64,000 nt of DNA, taken from an uncultured virus (IMG/VR IMGVR_UViG_3300050134_000033). Taxonomy: Duplodnaviria > Heunggongvirae > Uroviricota > Caudoviricetes. The stretch lies in IMG/VR virus record IMGVR_UViG_3300050134_000033; one strand, 5' to 3'. Of this stretch, positions 22,171-31,848 are shown one piece after another; position 1 is the stretch's first letter, and every line of letters starts with the position of its first letter. A model generated the notes under the pieces. That model searched no databases and was not told where the DNA came from. It worked only from the letters and a program-made list of their open reading frames with translations. The position numbers and the translations under genes are program-made.

Positions 22171-22569
22171 TTACCTGTGTCCGCCATGCCCACCGCCGTG
22201 CGATCCGCCGCCGCCATGGTATCCACCGCCGCCACGAACTGCACCACCGCGATAGCCGCCGCGCCCATTACCGCGATACCGACCGCCGCCAGCACCGTAG
22301 AAGCGATGCCCGCCCCAACCGTGTCCGTAGCCCCAGCCCCACCAAGGACCGACGCCGAGGAAAATGCCGTTGTAGAAGTACCCCGGGCCGTAAAAGCCAT
22401 CGGGCGCACATTCGTAAGGGTAGTAGTCATAGTAGCCGTACTCGCACACAGGCGGTACGCCAATTTCGACAGCGATCTGAGCCGCCGCCGTTGGGGTCGT
22501 TGCTGGGATTACTGTAACGCCCACGAACATCGCGAATGCAACAAGGAGAGAAGCCAAAAATTTACGCAT
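22171..22569 (-). CDS. Secreted Gly/Tyr-rich protein (Acidobacteriota-like)
   Basis: Signal peptide, PPVCEYGYYDYYPYECAPDGFYGP..F..GIF.GVGPW core and a Gly-rich tail. Confidence 0.7.
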   Translation of the reverse strand: MRKFLASLLVAFAMFVGVTVIPATTPTAAAQIAVEIGVPPVCEYGYYDYYPYECAPDGFYGPGYFYNGIFLGVGPWWGWGYGHGWGGHRFYGAGGGRYRGNGRGGYRGGAVRGGGGYHGGGGSHGGGHGGHR

Positions 22570-23655
22570 TTTGTTACCTCACTTTGATCTAACCCGAGTT
22601 ATCGGGCAAAGTTATAATACATGAGATGCATAGTCAAAGAATTTAGATTCCATCTTTACAACACTTTACAGATCATCCTTGCGCCTGCTTGATTTCCTTC
22701 TGAATTTTCTTCACTTCTTCGTCGTGATCCGCGAGAAAGGTTTTCTTCTTCATACTCAGATGGATGAGATGAGATTTCTTCTCGTTGACGTACTCCTGTG
22801 GAAAGCAGATCGCCCGCCAGTCCGTCTGGTTGTACTGGTAGGGGCTGATCTGGAACTTATTCAAGGCGTCCAGCGTTTTCTTGCCGTGAGAACCTGACGA
22901 AGACCCGAGCGCCCGTCCGTTGCAACACAGGCTCCAGTCGAACATATCGTAGTTGCCCATGTAGTCGGGCTCGCCGCCGTGCCGCTGGGTCTCGGTCCAC
23001 TTGTAGGGAGCCTTGAATTCCGCGCACTTTTTAAGGTGGTTCTTGGCTGGCCAATATTCGCTGTCCTGTTGCTTCATGCCGCAGTTGGAACAAACCAGTT
23101 CGACCATCTCGACCTTAGTGCCGTCCGTCCGCTTGAACGTGAAGGACTTTTTAATGAGACGTGGGCGGTAGCTCATTTTGCACCGCCGACTTTCCAGCAC
23201 GACCCGGGCACCTTGGTGACTTCACCGTCTCGGGCGAGGGCGTAATCGCAGCCATCGGGACCGTGGGTCAGATCGGTTGTCACGTCGCCAGCGGTGAGGG
23301 GATGCTTGCGACCGCATTCGCGGGCTTGCTTTGATCCCAGCACCAAAAGCTTACTGTGCTGGGTGATCTCGTACAGACAGTCATCCGTTCCCAGCGTGGT
23401 AAGGGTTTTGCCGTCATTTGAGACGGGACAGGAACCCGCTGTGACGGTGATGATTCCCTCGGGGGTGATTTGGTACTGGCAGGCTTCGTCTGTGGTGCCG
23501 TAGACTGTGCCCAGCTTCGTGTCTTCGGGGCTGGGACGGGAGTCAATCTTGGCTCGGACACCGACCTCGCAGGCAGCCATGAGGACTACTACAAAAATCG
23601 CGGCGAGCAGTTTGGTGAGGTTCATGCTTCTATAATACCACAGCTTGAGGAAAAT

Positions 23656-23739
23656 TGGTCCCAGCAGAGGGAGTCGAACCCCCGTTGACCCTTGCGAGTC
23701 TCCGATTAGTCGGGTGCATAACCGTTCTGCCATACTGGG
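23656..23739 (-). ncRNA. Type II tRNA-like RNA lacking the anticodon triplet
   Basis: Full acceptor, D, V and T arms with an A73-CCA end, but the anticodon loop is only CTAA. Confidence 0.8.
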
Positions 23740-23745
23740 AAAGTT

Positions 23746-23822
23746 TGGTGAGAGCGGTGGGGTACGATCCCACATGGTCATCGCTTAAAAGGCGAGTGCA
23801 TTACCCAGTCTGCCACGCTCCC
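23746..23822 (-). tRNA. tRNA-Lys(UUU), atypical T loop
   Basis: CTCGC-CT TTT AA-GCGAT; T loop ATCGTAC; CCA end. Confidence 0.85.
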
Positions 23823-23837
23823 ATTTGAAAAGAAGTT

Positions 23838-23918
23838 TGGGGGGCGTGGTGAGGGTCGAACTCACATTTTCAGTCCATTACAGTGATCGGGTTTAGAAGG
23901 CCCGTCCGCTACACGCCC
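23838..23918 (-). tRNA. D-armless tRNA-Arg(UCU)-like
   Basis: Acceptor GGGCGTG/CACGCCC, no D arm, CGGGC-CT TCT AA-ACCCG, 22-nt variable region, T arm and CCA. Confidence 0.7.
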
Positions 23919-24294
23919 ACACGAATTGTGGTTAACGTTTTCGTCTGGTGAAGAGGATCGGCGTAGCTTCGCAAATGAGCAGGAGGGCTCCTGCGGCGAA
24001 GGCTGGTAACAAGTTTTGAATCAGTGTAGTCATAGTTATTCTGCTTCGTGGATGACCTGCAACAGATATGCGAGGTACATCGCGGTACGTGTGATCTTTA
24101 GTGTAACCATTGCTGTTCGTCCGCTTTCATCCTGTCGAACCGCTGTTCGACGTACTGTCTAAAATCTTCTTTTTCTGCGTCATAGCTGGCGAATTTGTAC
24201 AGCCATATCAACGACGCACCGGGAATGACTACCCCGAGCCCGACAAGTAGAACGTTTTTTAACGTTCGATTCACAACTACTACTTTCTAAAACT

Positions 24295-24368
24295 TGGCTG
24301 GCACACAGGGATTCGAACCCCGATACCTTGCTCCAGAGGCAAGGGTCCTGCCGTTGAACGATGTGCCA
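24295..24368 (-). tRNA. tRNA-Gln(CUG)
   Basis: CTTGC-CT CTG GA-GCAAG; U1-A72; CCA. Confidence 0.95.
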
Positions 24369-24527
24369 ATCTTTACTTCTCGGTCACGCTCTTGACCCGC
24401 CATAGCGGGAACCGAGCTTCAAACTGTTTCAGGGCCGTTTCATCATCAACAGCGAACTCCGTGTACTCCGACTCTAAAGTCGAGTTCGGGAACGGCAACG
24501 CTATGATGAGAAACTCTTTCAACTCCA

Positions 24528-24752
24528 CTACGGCACCATGACTTCTTTCAGAATCACATCTTCACTGTTGCGAATCACCAACCGCTTCGGCACCAAATCA
24601 TCCTTGCGGCGGCAGTGAAGCTCGTTGGTGATGTACTTGTACAGCGCCACAGCCCGACGAAGGATGTCCACCTTGGTGCAACCCTTCTTATCTGCTAACT
24701 CTTGCAGGATGTCGTTCATCCTGTCGTTGAACTCTACCGTCAGCACTGGCAT
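24528..24752 (-). CDS. Ribbon-helix-helix (CopG-like) DNA-binding protein
   Basis: LTVEF...L.ELADKKG.TKVDILRRAVALY. Confidence 0.75.
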   Translation of the reverse strand: MPVLTVEFNDRMNDILQELADKKGCTKVDILRRAVALYKYITNELHCRRKDDLVPKRLVIRNSEDVILKEVMVP

Positions 24753-25056
24753 CTTTGTTCTCCGTGACCGACATGGCGATCTGTAATCTAATACCCTCTT
24801 CGCCAGTCAATTGAGCAAGAAATTCGTCGAGCACGCCGTCAAACTTTACGTCGAGCATGTGATCCTCCTAGAACCAGTCCGCTCCCGACTCCATCTTACC
24901 ACAAGCATCACAGCAACGGTCAAACGCACATGCTGTAACCCCGCCGCACTCAGGCCATAAAGCCTTCAACCTCGTGTATGTCCAAGCGTGCATGTCATGC
25001 TCGCACAGCCAGCGGCTCAACTTTTGCATCCACTTCGCTTTGAACGTCATAAAATA

Positions 25057-25134
25057 TGGTGACCCGAGTGAGATTCGAACTCACGACCTTCTCTTTAGGA
25101 GAGAGACGCTCTAGTCCAACTGAGCTACCGAGTC
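25057..25134 (-). tRNA. tRNA-Arg(CCU)
   Basis: TCTCT-CT CCT AA-AGAGA; CCA. Confidence 0.95.
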
Positions 25135-25762
25135 AAACTTTTCTGGTTACCCGATACGGGCAACCGCGAAACGTGACGATTGTCTGTCCGTCCCGATTCA
25201 ATTCCTCTTCGATCCGAGCCCGATCCTTCAGGATGAGGTCGGCTAATTCTTTCTCAGATGCCCTATCGTAGGCAGCGGCACCCCATGTTAATGCTTTCGA
25301 TAGTGCCTGAAGATCATTTACCATCAGGCAGTACCCTGTCCAAAAGCCCCGACCAGCCATCTATCAACTTCGGCACCACGCTGATAGCCACGAGAGCTAT
25401 GAAGTAACCCACCAAATCCTTTGCCGCCGTCAGATAGTGATGATGGGCCGCATCCCAGACCATGGCACAGACGCAAACAATCCCAATCGCGGCGAATCCA
25501 AGGGTCGCCATCAGCTTATTCAGGAAGCAAAACCAGCAGCCTCGGATATGCGGTACGCCTGCCATTATGCCTTCACAATCCACGCCCCAATTGCGGCGAT
25601 TCCTAAAACGATCTCCAGAGCCAGCATACCCCAGAGCTTCTTCGTGTCGGTCATCTGAGTGCTAATTGCCAGCACCAGACCTACACCCATGAGGGGAAGA
25701 CTGCGTAATCCGAACTCGACGCCGCCAATCTCCCTCGCCATAGTTATATCCTGTGCACGAAA

Positions 25763-25877
25763 TGTTCCCTGTCGGGCAACCTATTGTGCATCCAATCTCA
25801 TTCCCGGAATGTTCCCGTTCGGGAATATTTGGGTGTCACCGAACGGCGACATTCGTAAATGTTACCGTTCGGTGTCA
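25763..25877. repeat. Four imperfect 18-bp palindromes (consensus about TGTYMCCG-NN-CGGKRACA)
   Basis: Copies start at 25763, 25810, 25834 and 25860 in an intergenic gap. Confidence 0.6.
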
Positions 25878-25879
25878 TC

Positions 25880-26434
25880 CTACTTGTCTAACTCCACGTT
25901 CCAGTAGAGCCAGCCCCCATCAGCCCACTCCTTCCACTCGGGACGGAGCTTCTTGATGTGCAGCTTGAAGTTGTAACGCGGGTCGGTTGCCTTCGGCTCC
26001 ATGGGCTTCTTACGGAGCGTCATGCCAGACTCGGCCAACGTGTGGTTGTTCTTCATCTTGTTGCACTTGATGCAAGCCAAGACCAAGTTCAGCCACGTGG
26101 ACAATCCACCCTTCGAACGCGGGATCACGTGATCCAGAGTGTACTCGTGACTGTGCAAGAACTTGCCACAATACTGACACTCGCTGTTGTCACGCAGGGC
26201 GATGTTACGACGAGAGAACGGCACGCTCAACTTCAGCCGCTTGACGACGTAGTTCTTCGCCTTGATGACACGAGGCATGTTCATCTCGATGGACGGGGAG
26301 TGCAGGAAAACGTGCGGGTCTTCCTTCACGATTTCGGCACGGTCTTCCCAGTACATCTTGACGGCACGCTGCCAACTCACAAACCCGATGGGCCTGTTCG
26401 AGAGGTCAAGAACTAATGTGTCTGCCATTCCCAT
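25880..26434 (-). CDS. McrA-like HNH endonuclease
   Basis: SRRNIALRD...CQYCG...TLDHVIPRSKGG..TW.NLV.AC..CN..K. Confidence 0.9.
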   Translation of the reverse strand: MGMADTLVLDLSNRPIGFVSWQRAVKMYWEDRAEIVKEDPHVFLHSPSIEMNMPRVIKAKNYVVKRLKLSVPFSRRNIALRDNSECQYCGKFLHSHEYTLDHVIPRSKGGLSTWLNLVLACIKCNKMKNNHTLAESGMTLRKKPMEPKATDPRYNFKLHIKKLRPEWKEWADGGWLYWNVELDK

Positions 26435-26470
26435 AAATCACGTTGTCTCCCTTCTTATCAGTCTAAAAGA

Positions 26471-26547
26471 TGGTTTAGGGGGCGGGAGTCGAACCCGCCA
26501 GTCTTCCGCTTGCGCGGCTGCTCTGCCTAAGCTTGAGCTAACCCGAA
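26471..26547 (-). ncRNA. tRNA-like RNA with a GCAA tetraloop in place of the anticodon loop
   Basis: D arm GCTC/GAGC, CCGC-GCAA-GCGG, T arm GCGGG-TTCGACT-CCCGC, mismatched acceptor stem, CCA. Confidence 0.75.
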
Positions 26548-27292
26548 TCTGCGTTCCTTAATCTCTTGGATGTCTATGATCTGCGTCGGATACCACAGAT
26601 ACACCCTCATCCGTCCATCCGCTGGATCAATCTTGCCGTTATCGGCGGGGCCGGGGCACATGTGAGTCAGCCAGCGACCCTCAAACCCGCACACATCGCA
26701 TTTCTTCATACCCTTACGCCCTTCGCTTGATCCCTGAACTTCTGCCACTCGGCGTCACCCGTCTGCCAGCGCCAGATCATGTCCACGAAGGACCCACAGT
26801 ACGTGCAGTAGATTTCGACGGTGCCGTAGAGGGGGTCAAAGTTCCGACCTTCACGCTCTGCCGCGTCATCGCCGAGACATCGGGGGCACGCTTGCCGCAT
26901 TTTATGCTTCCACAGTAGTCGCGATATTGTCTGGGTGTACCAGCGCGTGGTTTCCACCCCCACCTTTCGGGCATTGCTCCATAGGAGCGGTCTGGGTTTC
27001 GCCATCCTCAAACATCCTTTTGCACTGCACGCACTGCATCTGCGGCACCACGGTCAACTGGTAGTCGCAAAACTCTTCCGTCTCCGCTCTACCGTTCTTT
27101 AGTTCATCCATCAATACTGTGTACCAGAGCGTGTCAGGGTTAAACCCCCTCGGATTCCGAACAGGGTTTCCATATCGGGTTGTTGGCGGATCGTGGCGAT
27201 AAGGTCCTCGAATAACGGTGCCTTTTTCTCCGTGCCGTCCGCCTTGATGCACTCGAACTCGATTTGTTTGCAGCATAAATTACCTCGAATCT

Positions 27293-27368
<76 letters not shown>

Positions 27369-27394
27369 ATCTCTACTTACAATACTCCAAAACT

Positions 27395-27470
27395 TGGTGA
27401 GCGGCAAGGGAATCGAACCCTCGTAGTCTCGGGTAAGAGCCGAGTGCATATCCAGTTCTGCCAACCGCCC
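27395..27470 (-). tRNA. tRNA-Lys(CUU), divergent second copy
   Basis: CTCGG-CT CTT AC-CCGAG; CCA. Confidence 0.9.
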
Positions 27471-27683
27471 AAACTTCAGTATTCATTAGTATGAAGCAAG
27501 CTGGAGCCTACACTGCCCGCGAGGGCGACGAGGAGTGTTTCTTCACTGTCCTCGAATGCGGCTGCACTTACCGAGTCGCTGTCGAAACCCTGTTCGATGC
27601 CGACATCCCTTGCCCGCTCCATGAGGAGCACCGTTTTACGGGTGACCCTCCACCGCCGAACAAACCACACGTTGAGACTTAAT

Positions 27684-27763
27684 TGGCTGTCGCCGCCCGA
27701 CTCTCACGGACATTACCCACTAGCGCGTGGGCGAGACGAACCCGCCTCCCGTTTCGCAACAGC
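27684..27763 (-). ncRNA. Highly divergent CCA-ended cloverleaf RNA
   Basis: CTGTTGC/GCGACAG-CCA, hairpins GAGGCG/CGTCTC and CCCAC/GTGGG, T-like arm GTCCG-TGAGAGT-CGGGC. Confidence 0.55.
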
Positions 27764-27769
27764 TTACTA

Positions 27770-27844
<75 letters not shown>

Positions 27845-27910
27845 ATGTCTAATAACCTTTCGCTTCGTACTTGAGCCTGCGTTTCGTGCTCGTATACGTC
27901 TTTCGTTTCG

Positions 27911-27986
27911 TGGCAGGAGCACTAGGATTCGAACCTAGAAGTCTCGTTTTGGAGACGAGCAGTTTGGCCGTTAAGCTTATGCTCCC
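27911..27986 (-). tRNA. tRNA-Trp(CCA)
   Basis: CTCGT-CT CCA AA-ACGAG; G73; CCA. Confidence 0.92.
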
Positions 27987-27997
27987 GCATCTAAAAT

Positions 27998-28083
27998 TGG
28001 CTGGGAAGGAAGGAGTCGAACCTTCAGTGCCCTAAGGCGGTGGATTCAGAATCCACTGGGGTTGCCAATTTTCCTACTTCCCA
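27998..28083 (-). tRNA. tRNA-Gln(CUG) with a long variable arm
   Basis: GTGGA-TT CTG AA-TCCAC; V arm GCC-TTAG-GGC. Confidence 0.88.
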
Positions 28084-28246
28084 ATCTTTCAACAAACTCA
28101 ATCTTCTCGCGGCATTCCTGAGCCCATCTCATGAACTCCTCGGAGAGGTCGATCATTCCCCGGGCTGCCGCTTCGAAAGCTGTGTCGAGGCACTGTTGCT
28201 CACACCGTGCGTTCCACTCGACGATCAGTTCTTTCGTCAACATATT

Positions 28247-28332
28247 TGGCTGGGACGGTAGGACTCGAACCTACAAGGGCTTTCGCCACACGATTAACAG
28301 TCGTGCACGCTACCATTACGCTCTACATCCCA
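28247..28332 (-). tRNA. tRNA-Asn(GUU) with a long variable arm
   Basis: CACGA-CT GTT AA-TCGTG; V arm GGC-GAAA-GCC. Confidence 0.88.
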
Positions 28333-28496
28333 AAACTTATGCTTTCGTAAAACCTGCCTTACAGAATCCGCAGGGACAACCCACTGCGTGAACCGTCGAG
28401 CCTTCCTTGGCTTGCTCCTGCTTCTTGCGTTCATGCCAGCCGAGGGCATTGCTCCGACTATCGACCCCTTCGTTTTGTTTCTGTTCTTCCATAAAC

Positions 28497-28583
28497 TGGA
28501 GCAAGTGACAGGACTCGAACCTGCATTCCCCGAAGGGCTGGGCGTTCGTAGCGCCCGTGGCGTCCATTTGCCGACACGCCCGC
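28497..28583 (-). tRNA. tRNA-Arg(ACG) with a long variable arm
   Basis: GGGCG-CT ACG AA-CGCCC; V arm CCC-TTCG-GGG. Confidence 0.85.
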
Positions 28584-28589
28584 AAAATT

Positions 28590-28666
28590 TGGTGATCCTA
28601 GTAGGATTCGAACCTACACTGATCCGCGTTCGAAGCGCAGGTGACTATCCAGTTGCCGATAGGACC
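28590..28666 (-). tRNA. tRNA-Arg(UCG)
   Basis: CTGCG-CT TCG AA-CGCGG. Confidence 0.9.
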
Positions 28667-28734
28667 AATCTAAAATCCGGAGGGCTTGAGGGATTTCACG
28701 TCGTTCCAGCCGTCGCTGTCTATCCTCTGCCCTT

Positions 28735-28828
28735 AGAACGTTTCGGCGTATGGCTGGCGGGATTCGAACCCGCATCTCCTCGCAATGAGGTGCTCTGCCA
28801 ATTGAGCTACAGCCGACCTCTACGTTCC
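28735..28828 (-). ncRNA. tRNA-like domain on an extended bulged stem, no CCA
   Basis: Canonical D and T arms, short CCTC-ATTGC-GAGG arm, acceptor GGCTG/CAGCC extended by GGAACGT/ACGTTCT. Confidence 0.65.
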
Positions 28829-28833
28829 AAACT

Positions 28834-28910
28834 TGGTGCACATGGCAGGATTCGAACCTGCGACCCCCGGTTTCGTAGACCGATGCTCTGTTCCGCTGAG
28901 CTACACGTGC
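28834..28910 (-). tRNA. tRNA-Arg(ACG)
   Basis: TCGGT-CT ACG AA-ACCGG; canonical. Confidence 0.95.
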
Positions 28911-29308
28911 AAAAATTTTAACCAGTACCAACCTTGCTGTTTCGCTGTTCGACGCCGATGACAGTTACTACATCGCACATCGCATTTTTCAATTTCCAGC
29001 TTTGCAGCGTGGTATTTCTTACAACAGATCAATCGTGAAATTATATCGTCTTTCTTGACACCATCACGATGATCGAAATCCAGAACTACGGGATCAGGTT
29101 CCCCGCAATCTACGCATGGATGATTCCTGAAATACGCCATCAGCCATTCGTACATCTCTCGCTTGTAACGTTCGCCATTCCTCTTTGCTTTAGCGATGTA
29201 CACCGCTTTGTTCTTAACGTAATCGCCGCGAGTAAACTCTCGTTGGCATTCCCGACAGTACGAGGCCGACGCGACCTCTTTTTCTTTCCCGCATTTGGGA
29301 CAGTTCAT
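28901..29308 (-). CDS. HNH-family endonuclease within the tRNA array
   Basis: PCVDCGE.DPVVLDFDH...KCDVRCSNCHRRRT. Confidence 0.8.
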   Translation of the reverse strand: MNCPKCGKEKEVASASYCRECQREFTRGDYVKNKAVYIAKAKRNGERYKREMYEWLMAYFRNHPCVDCGEPDPVVLDFDHRDGVKKDDIISRLICCKKYHAAKLEIEKCDVRCSNCHRRRTAKQQGWYWLKFLHV

Positions 29309-29355
29309 AGTGCCTCTATTATAGCACTACGAAGTCTGGATTACGCCTTCGTAAC

Positions 29356-29432
29356 TGGTAGTCCCGGTGGGATTCGAACCCACGACTTCCAGCTTCGGAG
29401 GCTGGCACTCTATTCCGCTGAGTTACGGGACT
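29356..29432 (-). tRNA. tRNA-Arg(CCG)
   Basis: CCAGC-CT CCG AA-GCTGG. Confidence 0.95.
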
Positions 29433-29720
29433 AAATTCTAATCAACCTCACGCGGTCGTAATGCGTTGTTGCTGACCTGCAAGCCACGCCTTTCGGCGCT
29501 TCACACGCTGGGCACTCATGATCCAGTGGGCTGCCAACAACCGTCGCTAAAGTTTTACCCTTTGAAGACGGAAGCTCGATGTGCACATCGGACCAATCTT
29601 GCCCCGAGGGGGCGACTAATCCTGTTCTCCGCTGCACGCTGGGCGAGCTTCCGTCCCCGCTGTTCAATATCTTGGTCCCTCCTTCAATCATCTCTGTCGT
29701 GCTCTCTCGCCTTAAAAACT

Positions 29721-29796
29721 TGGGGTGGACAGTGGGATTCGAACCCTCGACTACAGGAGCCACAATCCTGCGTTCTGCCGCTGAACTACGCCCACC
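29721..29796 (-). tRNA. tRNA-His(GUG) with encoded G-1
   Basis: CAGGA-TT GTG GC-TCCTG; G-1:C73. Confidence 0.95.
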
Positions 29797-29805
29797 ACAT
29801 CTAAT

Positions 29806-29885
29806 TGGGGTGACAGGTGGGAATTGAACCCACGAGACGACAGCTTCACAGGCTGCGGGTACATACCAACACTACCGACTGTCAC
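29806..29885 (-). tRNA. tRNA-His(GUG), divergent, no encoded G-1
   Basis: GCAGC-CT GTG AA-GCTGT; C73; the base at -1 is T. Confidence 0.85.
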
Positions 29886-30195
29886 AGTCTGCACATCCGG
29901 CAGATTCACGGATGCGACTTAATCTCTCGGCGTGGTGACGAATCTTGTGGCAATTTGCACACCGAACGTCACACTTCGCAATCTCTTCCAGCAGGCACTC
30001 GATAGTCATTAGCCCCTGCATCCCAACGCAAAACTTCTTTTCCCCTCTGACATGATCGAACTCAAGAACTCGAATGTCAGAATTTCCGCAATCAACGCAT
30101 GGATGGCTTTGAAGGTACTCCCTGATAAACGCTTCAAGCAACTCCCTGCGCCGTTGGTCAAAAGCTCGTCTGTCGGCCTTATCCTTGTACGGCAT
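29872..30195 (-). CDS. HNH-family endonuclease (paralogue of 28901..29308)
   Basis: PCVDCGNSDIRVLEFDH...KCDVRCANCHKIR. Confidence 0.8.
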   Translation of the reverse strand: MPYKDKADRRAFDQRRRELLEAFIREYLQSHPCVDCGNSDIRVLEFDHVRGEKKFCVGMQGLMTIECLLEEIAKCDVRCANCHKIRHHAERLSRIRESAGCADCDSR

Positions 30196-30213
30196 CCAGC
30201 AACCTTTCAAATT

Positions 30214-30301
30214 TGGCAGGGGTGGTGGGATTTGAACCCACAATGACCGAAGTCGGCGGTTTTGGAGACCGCTGGGCCGAACCGGGTTGCCCTTCACCCC
30301 T
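30214..30301 (-). tRNA. tRNA-Trp(CCA) with a long variable arm
   Basis: GCGGT-CT CCA AA-ACCGC; V arm GAC-TTCG-GTC. Confidence 0.88.
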
Positions 30302-30323
30302 ACAGAAAACCCACTAAAAATGC

Positions 30324-30348
30324 AAAAACCCACCAACTTTGGCGGGTC
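30324..30348 (-). terminator. Attenuator terminator before tRNA array 1
   Basis: GACCCGCCAA-AG-TTGGTGGGTT-TTT, 22 nt before the first tRNA. Confidence 0.85.
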
Positions 30349-30377
30349 TGTTTGATCTCGATTTGGAGTCTCTTGCT

Positions 30378-30509
30378 TTAGATTCCTACGACTCCAACTG
30401 AGCAGACCTGCCCACCGACCGACCAGCGATTATTCCGCTGGCGCTTACCGCCCACGCCCTGATGTTCTGGGGTCGCGGCGACGTTCGAGTTGGCTTTATT
30501 AAAGGTCAT
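30378..30509 (-). CDS. Leader peptide (43 aa) of tRNA array 1
   Basis: SD GAGGA; MTFNKANSNVAATPEHQGVGGKRQRNNRWSVGGQVCSVGVVGI. Its 3' part pairs with the terminator 5' arm. Confidence 0.8.
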   Translation of the reverse strand: MTFNKANSNVAATPEHQGVGGKRQRNNRWSVGGQVCSVGVVGI

Positions 30510-30527
30510 GTGTTCCTCAGCTTCTAT

Positions 30528-30559
30528 ATACTACCATGAAAGTCAGAGTTTTCGATAGG
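30528..30559 (-). promoter_or_regulatory. Phage promoter of tRNA array 1
   Basis: CCTATC-N20-TAGTAT, a member of the recurrent motif. Confidence 0.75.
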
Positions 30560-31293
30560 AAAATCAAAATTTATTTTTGCAATTGTTTTCGGGCGGCTAC
30601 CATTGCCTCGGTAGCGTCGTATTCATGGTAGTGTTCGGGACCCGGTTTGGTCAAGTAAATTCCTTTGAGCAGATATCGCCTCTCAAGCTGTTTGATGCTC
30701 ACAGGACCGCTGGCGTCGAACAGGGTGCCATCAGGTTTCTGGACAACGCAGTGGACGTATTCCGTGTACACAGTGCGGCTCAGACCGTTAACGAAGCGCA
30801 CAGGCCATCCTGTGAGGTCTTCGAGGGCTCGGGCGTATCGCCAGCAGTAGCCGAACAGCCATTGCCCGTTCGCTTTGGTCACCCTACCCATGGATTGTCT
30901 GCGTTTCGCCTCTGTGCGGGTCGAAAATCTTCTCGTCCTTGTAGAAGAAATGCTCGTCCATTTCGTGTAGTTCGAAGCTTCGGATAGCGCGGTACGCCGT
31001 CTGGAGAATCCACTCGTCCTTCATCTCGGGGTGAACTACGATTGGCGGCATGAACAAACTGATCGACTCGCCGCTCTGCACGTCTTTAAGGTTGCTGACC
31101 ATGATGCGAAAGCTGATGGGGCGGTATTCATCCATGAGTCCGCCGCCCGCGTACCAAGCGATATTGCCCGAGATCATCCACGTGACGTCCCGCTGGGTAT
31201 ACCGGATGTCGTTGAGGATGGCGTAGATTCGTTTGGCGAGGGGATGGTGCCAGAGGTAGCCTTCTTCCTCTGCAATGATGATGTTGGTCGGCA

Positions 31294-31848
31294 TTACCCC
31301 ATTGTACCAAAAACCCAGTCAAAGATGGGGACAAAAATGTTGAATTTGGTCTTTCCGCCAGTGGGGGTGTCGCCCATGGCGTGGTGGGACAAGTGATAGC
31401 TCTTGATCCACTGAGGCACGTAGCCGCCCATGTGTACTCGCCAGTGGACCTCTTCCATAACGAGGACGTAGATGACGAAGGCGACCATCACAGGAGCGGA
31501 GAAGCCCTTCTGATACCAGATGTCTGCACAAACGACTGGTGTGCAGTTGACGATGAACATCATGAACGTGTCGAAGGGGGTACTGCCGAGGTTGACGTGT
31601 GTCTCATCGAGCGGAGCCTTGTGGTGCTCGCGGTGGAGCTTCTCCCAGCGGAGACCCGGTGTATGATCCAGCCAGCGGTGGTAGGCGTACTCGAACCAGT
31701 TAGCCCAGAGCAACCCGGCGAACAGCCCAATGATCCAAGTTGAAGCACTCGGATGGAAAAATGATGCAAGGATGTATGCGGGGATAAGAAAAAAAGCAGA
31801 GATCGAACAGTTGAGCCACTTCAAACGACGCCCGGGAGTCATAGACAC
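31294..31848 (-). CDS. Fatty acid hydroxylase/sterol desaturase family membrane protein
   Basis: His boxes EYAYHRWLDH, HREHH, EEVHWRVH and YHLSHH. Confidence 0.8.
   Translation of the reverse strand: MSMTPGRRLKWLNCSISAFFLIPAYILASFFHPSASTWIIGLFAGLLWANWFEYAYHRWLDHTPGLRWEKLHREHHKAPLDETHVNLGSTPFDTFMMFIVNCTPVVCADIWYQKGFSAPVMVAFVIYVLVMEEVHWRVHMGGYVPQWIKSYHLSHHAMGDTPTGGKTKFNIFVPIFDWVFGTMG

Noticed and set aside
23838..23918. Amber suppressor (CUA) reading of the D-armless tRNA, or of the CTAA loop at 23656-23739
   Set aside because: Loop symmetry centres on TCT in the first. The second has no 7-nt loop.
30324..30520. T-box riboswitch in the tRNA array leaders
   Set aside because: No UGGNACC T-box or Stem I motifs are seen in either leader. 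Codon-matched ORFs explain both better.
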